64,000 bases of DNA from Monocercomonoides exilis PA203 (lineage: Eukaryota; Protista; Preaxostyla): positions 310,001 to 374,000 of the forward strand of contig LSRY02000016.1 in the NCBI GenBank assembly GCA_001643675.2, in the 5' to 3' direction. The first letter of the stretch is position 1. Each line of letters opens with the position of its first letter. The translations under genes and the position numbers were made by a program. This document shows positions 1 through 12,000 of this stretch, piece by piece. The notes under the pieces were generated by a model. It ran no database searches. It was not told where the DNA came from and saw only the letters and a list, made by a program, of their open reading frames with translations.

Positions 1-1
1 C

Positions 2-3000
2 ACTGCCGGTGGTGCGAGAGGTAGCTCAGCCAGGCGAAGTGCATCGGCTGGAAGAGGCTCACGTGCAAGCTCTGCAGCAAGACGGTCCACCACAAAAGGG
101 CCACTTGCACTGAACTCGCCTGCAACACCGTCTGCTTCTGCCTCTTCGTCTGCTGCGACACCTTCAAGCACTGCATCTGCTGAGAATAACCAGCTCTCTG
201 GACAGCAGCAACCAAACACGCCTTCATCTCCTGCTGGAGCATCTGGCCTTCGCAGGTCGAATTCGCAGGTGTCGTTTGCTGTGGCAAACTTAGTCACAAA
301 GGAAGGAATGGGCACAGACGGCAGAGGGAACATCATATCAATCCCTGCTGCATCGATGGGAATTGGCAACGTGACTGGAGAATCAGTTCCACACGCCCCT
401 CCACCCGAAGGCCCTCAGCTGCCAACACTCGAATCAGATGCCAACGACACACCTGTCGCAACCGCTGAGAAGCAAAGCGCTTTTTCACTGAAGAAGGCAA
501 TCTACACAGACGATATTCTGCGAGAAGCTGATCCATATTACTGGAAAGGTCGGAGTTTTGTACCGTTCCCATGCTCTGCTCCTCCTCTGTTCATATTTGG
601 GCTGCATCTGATGGACACAACAGCTTCGCTGCCTGACGACCCAGACCAGCTCTTTTTGTCATCTCTTTCTGTACCTGCACCAAAAGCTGTGGAACAAGGA
701 GCCATTGGCCACCGTGTGGTGATTCTACCTCCTGTGGAATCGATCTACCAGATGGCCACATCCACTCTGTCTGCCATGCACATCTTTGCTGGCCGCAACA
801 TCCCGAAGTTTGAGTCATTTTTCGTGCCTGATCTCAACTTGCCTGTGCTTCCCAACTGGGATATTGCTCATATGGACTCAGACATCTGTGCCATGCAGGA
901 GCAGGTGAGAGAGACACTCCGTCTGTCGATGGAGCCACCGCTGCAGCTGAAGTCTCTCTACGATGCAATCCACGAAGAAGTCATTCAAAGAGCAAAGCAG
1001 CCAATGATGAAACTGAAGCCGCATTATATGCTGCTTTCTGGTGCAGGAGGTGCGCAGAAGGAGAAAGGAAAGAAAGAAGGAAAAGGAGATAAAAGTACAA
1101 GAGACAATAAAGGAGACAACGAAGAAGAAGGAAAAGAAGAAGGTGCAAAACAAGAAGAACGAGAAAGGGGGAATAACGAAGAAGTTAAAGACGGTAACAA
1201 CAACGAGAATGAGGATGAACCAGAAAAGCCGAAGTATCGTGTTGAAGGAAAGAATAAGATCAGAGGAAGACAGCGGAAGATGAAGAAGATCACTCAAAAG
1301 GGATCGTCATCATCGACTGCACAGCTGCCAGCAGCTGAACGTGGAAAGGGAGGAAATTCAGGGGCTGGAAAGGACGGAGCAAAAGGCGGAGAAAAAGCAA
1401 AGTCTTCGATAAAGAGGAGCCCATCAAAGGCAAGACTTGGTGGAAGGAAAGTTGGAGCAAGCGGAAATGCTCTGCAAAAAGATAAAGACAACAAAGAAGA
1501 TGGTGAAGGAGAAAAGGAAGGAGGAGAGGAGGAGGAGGAAGAAGAAGATATTTACGAGTACGAAGATGAGAACGGACGTTTCCCAGGTGAATCAGAATTG
1601 GATGCGTTGGAAAGGCATCTTCAGGAAGAAATGAAAGATCTTGAAGTGGAGATCCAGCGCTTGGAAGATCTGAACCAGCGTATTCGCACATTGACTGAGG
1701 ATGTGGTGCCTTGTGGAATGATGGCTGTGAACACAGTTGCTGTGAAGGACAAGCTGTGTGAGGTTGTTCAGGGAATGTTGAAAAAGATGCTTGACAGAAT
1801 ATTGAAACAGGTGAACAAGAACAATGAAACAACACTGAAGCGCTTCCAGACACTTACTGAAATGGCTGGGAAGAAGCCATCAAATGTGGAGGAGCTGTTT
1901 GAGTTGCTGAATGAGAAAGACAACAGCGATGCTGAAATTCCTCGTTTGGAGCACGAAATCGCTCGCTCGTTTGCTGTTCTTGAGCTTCTATCGAAGCGGA
2001 TCCAAATTCCGAAGCAAACATATGCTCTACTTGCACAAACACAACAGGCTCCGACGAAAATGGATTCAGTCAGAGACGAGCAAGGCTCGAGGCTGCTCAA
2101 CATCCGGAAGGAGTTCGAAGAGAAGCACAGACAAGAAATGGCTGCGTTCCAGGAAGGTATGGACACACTGGCGATGGATGTTGACTCTCTTGTTAAGTTC
2201 AACAAGCTTGGCGATGTCGACGAGGCATCCTCAAAAGTGTTTGGCATCAAAGCACGACTCGACAGATGCCTTGCGCAGGTGCAGATCTTCAACAGCCACG
2301 AGAAACTGTTCGGGTGGGGAGAAACCAGCTTCCCTCATCTGGCAGCAGTACAGCGATCTTACGAGCCGCACTATCAGCTGTGGTCAGTTGCTCATCAGAT
2401 GACCACCAGCTACGAAGAATGGACAGAAGGGCCATTTTTGAAGTTGAACCCGAATGATATTGAAGATAAGATCAATGAATGGAACAAAACGATGTATCGT
2501 CTGGCACAGAAAGCATTCAAAGATCTGTCTGGGCCTCGCTCAGTGGCAAATGCAGTGCGAGAGAAGTTGGATGGATTCAGAGGAAACTTGGCTCTGATTG
2601 CTGCTCTGAGAAGAGAAGGAATGCAAGAGAGACACTGGGAAGAGATTTCAAGACAAACCGGACTTCCACTGAAGCCCAATATGGAGCTTACACTGAACTA
2701 TCTCCTCGAGATGGGCCTGCTGAATCACATGACTGTGATCGAAGCTGTTTCAGCCACTGCAGCTGCAGAATACAAACTGGAGAAGGAGCTTACAGAAATG
2801 GAAGATGCATGGAAACTCCTCGAGTTCCAGACTTTGCCATACAAAGACACAGGAACGTGTGTTCTGCGTGCTGTTGATGAAATCATACAGCTGATGGATG
2901 ATCAGCTTGTGTCGACACAAAACATGGCAGGCAATCCGCATGTTGGAATACTCGAACCGAAACGTCGTGCCTGGGAGGAGTTACTTGTTCTATTACGATC

Positions 3001-6000
3001 CACAATCGATTCATGGCTTCACTGCCAAGTTGCTTGGATGTATTTGGAGCCAATCTTTTCATCTGGTGATATCCAGAAGCAACTTCCAAGTGAATCCAAA
3101 CGGTTCCAGGGAGTCGACACGATGTGGAGAACGGTGATGACTAAAGTTACGAAGACTCCTCGTATTCTGCCTCTGATGAAGAGAGAGAAACAAAATCTTC
3201 TTCAACAGTTCGATAATGCAAATAAAGAATTGGATTATATCCAGAAGAATCTTGATGCATATTTGGAGAAGAAGAGAACAGCCTTTCCAAGATTCTATTT
3301 CTTGTCTGACGAAGATCTGTTGCAAATTCTTGCTAAAACAAAGGAGCCTCAAGCTGTTCAACCACATCTTCGAAAATGCTTTGAAGGTATATCTAAGCTC
3401 ACTTTCGTCGGTGAAGGAGAGAAATGCACTGTCTTAGCAATGACTTCTGCTGAAAACGAAACTGTTCAGTTTGACAAGCCAGTTGCTGCTGAAGGAGCAG
3501 TTGAAGCATGGCTTCTGAATGTTGAGGCTATGATGAGGACTTCAATCAGAAAGCAGATCCAAGATTCACTCACAGCATATAATCAGTGCGAGAGAGAGGA
3601 GTGGGTTCTGAAATGGCCAGCGCAGGTTGTGCATGCAGTGAATGGTATTATGTGGACAAGGCAAGTGGCAGATGCACTGAAACGTGGAATGAGCGGGTTG
3701 CAGGCATTGGAAACGAAACTGACAATGCAGATTGAAAGTATTGTGAGAATGGTTGGGTCGGCTGGCAAATCAAAGAAGAAGAACCAGAAGAAGAAGTCAA
3801 AGAAGAAGAGAATTGAAGATGATGAAAGTGAAATTACCGAGACAGATGGAGCCGAACTTGAAGGAGAATTTGAAGAAATGAACGAAGAAGCGGAAGAAGA
3901 TACTGATTTGGATGCAACAGCAGCATCTTCAGACGGAAAAGGAGATAAAAAAGAAGTGAACTTAACAGACAACGACCGAACGCTTCTCGCTGCTATGCTG
4001 ACAATTGATGTCCACTCACGTGATTCAGTTACACATCTTTTGGAAGCACATGCCGATCTCGACTCTTTTGAATGGGCATCGCTGCTTCGCTATTACTGGA
4101 TCGATGGAAATGTGCGTGTGATGCAAAACAGCGCAAATCTTGCATATGGCTATGAGTATCTGGGAAACACAACAAGGCTGGTTATCACACCATTGACAGA
4201 TAGATGCTATATGACACTGACTGGAGCACTTCATATGAACCTCGGTGGAGCACCTGCTGGGCCAGCTGGTACAGGAAAGACAGAAACAGTGAAAGATCTG
4301 GCAAAGGCTATTGCTAAGCAATGTGTTGTGTTCAACTGTCAAGAAGGTCTAAACATTGATGCAATGAGCAACTTCTTCAAAGGGCTTGCCATGAACGGAG
4401 CGTGGTCTTGCTTCGATGAATTTAACAGAATTGATATTGAAGTGCTGTCTGTTGTGGCACAGCAGATATCTTGCATTCAGGATGCAGTGAGAGGACACGA
4501 AACTCACTTCATGTTCCAAGGATCGGACATCTCTCTTGATCCAACATACGCCGTGTTCATCACTATGAATCCTGGATACGCAGGAAGAACAGAGCTTCCT
4601 GATAACTTGAAGGCGTTGTTCCGTCCAATGTCTATGATGATTCCAGATTATGCTTTGATCTCTGAGATTTCACTGTTTTCATGCGGTTTCACAAAGGGTC
4701 GTCCACTTGCTCAGAAATTGGTGGCTACTTTCCAACTGTGCTCAGAGCAGCTTTCTTCACAGGATCATTACGATTTTGGTATGAGAGCAGTGAAAACTGT
4801 TCTTAATGCTGCTGCACAGCTGAAGCGGGAGGCAATTGAAGGCGAGGTTACTGAAGACGAGTTGGTTTTGAGAGCGTTGAAGGATTCGAACGTTCCAAAA
4901 TTCTTAAATGAAGATCTTCCTCTGTTCGATGGTATCATTGGCGATCTGTTCCCTGGAATCAATACACCAGTGCCTGATTATAACGATCTGACCGCAGCTC
5001 TCGTTGAAGCAGCACATGAATACGGACTTCAACCAGTTGATGCTCTCTTGTTTAAATGCATTCAAATGCATGAGACAACATGCGTACGTCATGGAATGAT
5101 GCTTGTGGGGTTGCCATGGTCAGGAAAATCGAGCGTTGCGCGTGTGCTTTGCAGAGCTTTGTGCATTCTTCATGAAAAGGAGATTGGCTCGTTTGAAGAA
5201 GTGCACATGCATGTGCTGAACCCGAAGTCAATTACAATTGGCCAACTGTACGGAACGTTTGATGAACGATCACACGAATGGTCAAATGGTATTCTTGCAC
5301 GTGTTGTGAGAGATTGTGCAATGGACGAGTCACCTGATCAGCACTGGATTGTATGCGATGGTCCAGTCGATGCTCTTTGGATTGAAAACATGAACACAGT
5401 GCTGGATGATAACAAGAAGTTGTGCTTGCCAAACAGAGAAGTGATCATATTTACTTCTCAGATGCGAATGATCTTTGAAGTGGCAGACCTTTCTCAAGCT
5501 TCACCAGCTACAGTTTCTCGTTCAGGTATGGTGTATATGCAGCCAGATACACTGGGATGGAAGCCAATGGTAGTCTCATGGCTTATGGATCTTCACACAC
5601 GTCTTAATCCGCCAATGTTTGGAGAGAAAGCTGCTGAATATAAAGCACGTGTAGATGCAACTTGGCAGCTTCTTACATGCGCTGGTGAAGGACAGGAAAC
5701 ATCTCGTTCCATGCATGACTTGTCAGCATCAACAGCAAAACTTGCATCTTCAGCATCTTCTGCTCACATCTCATCAACTGTGCCGCTTGAAAAACTTCGC
5801 CCACTTGGACAATCGCAATCGCAAGCCAACATTATTCCCAATCTGCCCGGTGTTCCTAAAACTGGATCAACAGCAACACTTCTCCTGAGAGAATTTTTCC
5901 AGACGAAGTTGTGGAGACTTGTTGAATGGCTCATTCCACCAATGCTTCAATTTGTGAAGGACAATTGCTCTGAAGGAGTTCCTCATGAGGACTTTGGGAA

Positions 6001-9000
6001 AGTGAATGATGTTATGAAGATATTTGAGTCTGTGTTCTGCTCATTCATCAAAGACGAAGCACCAGAGCAAATGACCCAGACTTCTTTGAACGTTTGGCTC
6101 GAATGCATCTTCGTCTTCTCTGCAATTTGGGGAATTGGAGGTTGCATTGTCGGAACCGATCGTCAAGCATTTTCTGAATTTGTTCGTGAGCTTGTTGCAC
6201 CTGTGACTGATGAAAAACTTCAACCACAAAATTACGTAAAGCTTGTCAAACCACTTCCAGAAGCTGGACTTGTATTTGACTATTGCTTTGATAAGAAAAG
6301 CAACTCGTGGCTTTTGTGGAATGCAGTTGCTCCACCGTTCTCAATTCCTGAAGATGCTCAATTCCACGAAGTCATTGTTCCAACAACAGATTCTATTAGA
6401 GCAACATATCTTATTGAACAGCTACTGGGACACGGAGTTCCACTTCTCTTTGGAGGATCAACTGGAACAGGGAAAACAGCAACTGTGCAATCGTATCTGA
6501 TGTCACTTGACAACAAAGTGTGGGAACCTCTTGTTGTCAATTTCTCTGCTCAGACATCCGCCAATCAGACTCAAGATATGATTGATCAGAAACTTTATCA
6601 GAGAAGAACAAACTTATTTGGTCCACCCGGAGGCAAAAAGCTTGCGACATTTATTGATGATTTGAATATGCCAGCACCAGAGCGATACAAAGCACAACCT
6701 CCTTTGGAATTGCTTCGACAGTTGATTGATCAAGGGGGATGGTACAACAGAAAAGAACTTGTATTCAAGAAGATTATTGATGTGTTCCTGGTGACTGCTA
6801 TGGCACCTCCAGGTGGTGGAAGGACTGCAGTTACCCCACGTCTTGCTCGACACTTCACGAGACTGAACATGCCAGATATGGATGTGACAACCTTGAATCA
6901 GATCTTCAACATTCTCATAAACTGGATTTTGAGCAAATTCCCAGTATCTCTCAAGAGACTGTCCGAACCTATTGTTGAAGCAACCACAAATGTGTACTTC
7001 ACCATTTCTGCACATTTGCGTCCAACACCAGCAAAGTCTCATTACACTTTCAACCTTCGTGATTTGAGCAAAGTCTTCCAAGGAATTGCCCATGTTGGAC
7101 TTTCAGATGCAGTTGCTGATGGAAGCGACGGAAAGGAAATGATATTATCAGATGTCGACTCTCTTATTCGATTGGTAATGCACGAGTGCGAAAGAGTGTT
7201 TGGCGATCGTCTGATGGGAGAGGAAGATAAAAAGTGGTTTTCTGATATGTTAGGAGATACGTGCCAACAATACTTCCACAAAAACTACAAAGAAATGCTT
7301 CAACAAAAAGAAGAACAAGGAGCCGGACCTTCAACAATCTTTGGAGACTTTGATAACAGTGGAAGATATGCAGAAGTGTTCTCGATGTCTGAGCTACACA
7401 CCCAACTGCTCCAATCATTGGAGGACTACAACTCACTTCATAACAGCTCTCCAATGCATCTTGTGCTATTCAAACAAGCAATTGAACATGTGGCTCGCAT
7501 ATTACGTGTTGTGAGAACTCCGAAAGGGCATTGTCTTCTGATTGGTGTTGGAGGAAGCGGAAGGAAATCGCTTGCTCGACTCGCAACACAGATTGCAGAT
7601 TATGAAATGCACTCAATTACACCAACAAAAGGATACTCTCGAGATGACTGGAGGGAAGATCTGAAACAATTGCTTCTTCGTGCTGGAAGAGATAAAAAAT
7701 GGTGTGTGTTCCTTTTGAGTGATGATCAATTGAAGGAAGATGCTTGGCTGGAAGATATCAGTGGTATATTGAATACAGGTGTTGTTCCAAATCTGTTTGA
7801 TAAAGATGAAACTGATGAAATCCTTCAAGCAGTGACACCTGATGCTCAAGCAGCAGGCAAAGCTTCATCTCCAGCTTCAGTGTACAACTTCTTTGCTGAA
7901 CGGTGCCAGGCGCGTGTGCGTGTGGTGTTGTGCATGTCTCCATTGGGCTCTGCATTCAGAGATCGATTGCGTCAATTCCCTTCGCTGATTAACTGCACAA
8001 CGGTTGATGTGTTTGAGGAGTGGACAAGGGACGCGCTGTTGTCTGTCGCAAAGCAGTACTTCTCGGAAGGCGAAGGTGTTGGGACAATTGATATTGACTG
8101 GCTCACAAAAGTTGCATCTGAACAAGGAAAAGAATTTTCGTCTGGATCTTCAGCATCTGCTTCTTCATCAGCATCTGCTCCACAAGCTGGAACTGAAGGT
8201 TCAACTGATTTAATCGACGAGATTTGCGAGCTTCTTGTGACAATTCACTTGAAAGTTCAGGAGAAGGCAAAGCAATTCATGGCAGAAGAGCGTCGTGTGT
8301 ATCACATCACCCCAACATCATTTTTGAACTTTTTGCACACCTTCCACAAAATCGTTATGTCTCGCAGAGCAGAAATTATGGCAACCAAGAAGAGATACGT
8401 TGGTGGGTTGGATGTGCTGAAGAAGACTGAGGACTCTGTGAAAGGAATGCAGGCAGAACTGGAATCGATGGTTCCACATCAGAAACAAGCACAGCGTGAA
8501 ACTCAGGAACTAATGAAAACAATAGAAAAAGATCAAAAGTCTGCTTCTGAAAACAAACTTCTTGTCGAAAAGGAAGAGAAAATCGTGTTAGTTCAAGAAA
8601 AAGAAGCAAAGGAGCTTTCTGATGATTGCGAAGCACAGTTGAACGAAGCTATGCCCGCTCTGCTTCGTGCACAGGAAATGGTTGCAAAATTAGAAAAGAA
8701 GATGCTTGATGAAATGAAACAGATGAGGCATCCACCATCTGGAGTGAAGTTGGTGATGGAGGCTATTTGCGTGATGAAAGGAGTGAAGCCAACTGCCATT
8801 CGTTCTGGAACTGGGAAAACAGAGTTGGATTACTGGGAATCCTCAAAGAAAGTGCTGGCAGATCCTAAATTTGTATCGTGGATCTTCGGGTTTAATGCAG
8901 ATGCAGAACTTAATGATGACATTGTTGCTGCAATGCGTCCATATTTAACAAACCCCGATTTCACACCAGAAGTTGTCAAAAATCACAGCGCAGCCGCAGC

Positions 9001-12000
9001 TAATATTTGTGGATGGATCCATGCTATTGTTGACTATTATGAAAAGATGAAGATTGTCCGTCCAAAGAAGAAGGCATTGGAGGAGGCCAGAGCAACATTG
9101 GAAGATGTGAAGAAGCGGTTGGAAGAAAAGAGAGCAACTTTAGCAGCGATAGAGGCTGGTTTGAAGGAGCTGATGGAAAAATACTCTGCTGCTGTTGTTA
9201 AACGGGATCGTCTCGCCGAACAAGTGGCAACATGCGAAAGAAAACTGAACTTGGCAAAGGCTGTGATCAGCGGGCTGGGTGGAGAAAAGACTCGTTGGTC
9301 AGCAACAGCAAATGAACAAGATGCACGAATGAAAACGCTGACTGGTGATATGGTCCTTTCGAGTGCTGCATTATCCTATTTTGGTGCATTTACTATCTCT
9401 TACAGAAGTTCACTGTCAGACTTCATTAAAGATGAAATCGCAAAATACAAATATCTTCCTATTTCCGCTGACGCTTCGTTGATCAATTGCCTTGGAGTGC
9501 CAACGACTATTCGGCAGTGGCAGATTTATTCTCTTCCAACAGATTCTTACTCAACTGAAAATGCTATTATTGGCACAACTGGACTTCAATGGCCATTGTT
9601 CATTGATCCACAGGGGCAGGCTAACAAGTGGATCAAGCAAATGGAAAAGAAGCGCAACTTGAAGATCCTTCGTCCAGATGCGAACCTGATGCGTTCGTTG
9701 GAACAGGCTGTCCGTTACGGATGGTGCGTTTTGATTGAAGGTGTTACAGAATCAATCGATTCTGCACTGTATCCGTTGCTAGCAAAGGCTGTATTTAAAT
9801 CACGGGGACAACTGCTTATCAGACTCGGGGATAATGATGTTGAATATGATCCAGCGTTCCAACTTTATCTCACAACTAAACATCCAAATCCGTCTTATCC
9901 ACCAGAAATTTCCACAAAATGCTGCTTGGTGAACTTCACACTTACACCAGCTGGGTTGGAAGATCAGCTTCTTGGCATGGTCATTCAATCAGAGATGCCA
10001 GCAATGGAAGAGCAGAGAAACAAACTTATTATGGAAAATGCAGAGGCACAGGAGCAGAAGCAAGCAGCAGAAGATGGCATTTTGGCAATGCTGACAGATC
10101 CTAATCAAACAGATCTTCTTGCTGATGCAACACTTGTGGACAAACTTAAAGATTCTAAAGAACTTGCTGCTTCTTTGGATATCAAAATGCAGGAGAACCA
10201 AAAGATGGGGCAGAAAATCGCAGAGTCTCGAACAGTGTACATGTCAATTGCACAGCGGGGATCAGCACTTTTCTTCTGCATAGCTTCGTTGAGAAATATT
10301 GATCCTATGTATCAGTATTCACTGAATTGGTTTGTGGGGCTTTTCACAACTACACTTTCTGACGAGCCGCAGAATCCGGACCAGATGGCGAAGATTCAGT
10401 TGATTATGTCTCATTTGTTGGAAGTTGTATACACGAATGTTTGCCGATCGTTGTTCCAATCACACAAACTTCTCTTTGGATTCTTATTGGCAATAACTGT
10501 CGAAGGACTGAAAGGTAAAGTTGATCAAAATGAACGAAAATTCCTTGCTAATGGCCCATCCAGTTTATCAAGCAGAATAGCAAATCCAGATCCATCTTGG
10601 ATAACTGAGCAGATGTGGCGAGATATTTCTGGAATGACCGAGCTGAAGACATTCGAAGATATCGAAACTCACTTCACAAAGAGAACAAGCCAATGGAAAA
10701 AATGGATACATACTTCAATGGATACAGATCAATCACAGGGAGACAACCAATTCCAAATTCCACCACTGCCAAAGCCATACGCTGAAAGAGCATCTCCTTT
10801 GGGAAGATTGTGCTTGATTCGTGTACTGCGTCCTGACTGGCTTCCATTTGCGATAACTGACTACGTTGTATCAACTATTGGAGAGAGATATGTGCGTCCT
10901 CCACCATTTGATCTTGCAAGCGCTTTCAAAGATTCAAACAACTTGACTCCGCTGGTATTTGTGCTTTCACCTGGAGCTGATCCTTCAATTCTTCTGAAGG
11001 ACTTTTCTGTTGCAATGAAAAAGAAGGACAAACTTGTAACTCTTTCACTTGGGCAGAAACAGGACAAGCCAGCTCAAGAACTTCTGCGAGTTGGAAAGGA
11101 AAGAGGATTGTGGGTGTTCCTTCAGAACTGCCATTTGTATCCTTCATGGATGCCTGCCATGGAAGAGCTTCTGGAATCCATTAATCCAGTCACAACACAT
11201 CCAGAATTCAGAGTATGGCTAACCTCAATGCCAACTCCGACTTTCCCTGTTGCAGTGCTGCAAAATGCTGTAAAAATGACAAATGAACCTCCAATTGGTG
11301 TCAGAGCTAATGTTGAAAGAGCATTCCTTCGCTATTCAGATGAGTTTGTGTCTGAAACATGCAATGGAGCACCAATCCACTGGCAGCGTCTTCTTTACAA
11401 TTTGACATATTTCCATGCTCTTATATTGGAGCGAAGACAATTTGGGCCACTTGGATTCAACATCCCATATGAATTTAATGAAAGCGATCTTTTGATTTGC
11501 GAGCAGCAGCTTCAGATGTTCATGGAGCAGACGATTGCAAAGCACAAGGCACTCCTCGCATTGACTGCAGGAGCTGAAGGCAACACAGATGATTCGAATG
11601 CAAAAGAAGAGGAAACTGGTAAAGGGAAGAAAGCAGCCGCTGGACGTAATCAACGACCTGGTTCTTCTTCTTCAAAGTCCACAGTAACTATGACAAAAGA
11701 AAAGAAGAGAGGAGGATCAAAGCAAACCATTGCACTTGCCGAACAAAACAAATCAAATGCAGTTGCTGCTGTGTCAAGTGAGGTTATCGCCCAAATTAAC
11801 GAACTTATTCCGTGGAAAGCGCTTATTTATATAACTGGTCATGTGAACTATGGAGGAAGAGTTACAGATGATTGGGACAGACGCACATTGCTTTCTCTTT
11901 TGGATGAAATGTACACTCCTGCTGCCCTTTCTGATCCTGAATACAATCTCTTTGGAAAGCCTCCTCCTCCTCTTAATAATACTCCATTTACGCGAGATGA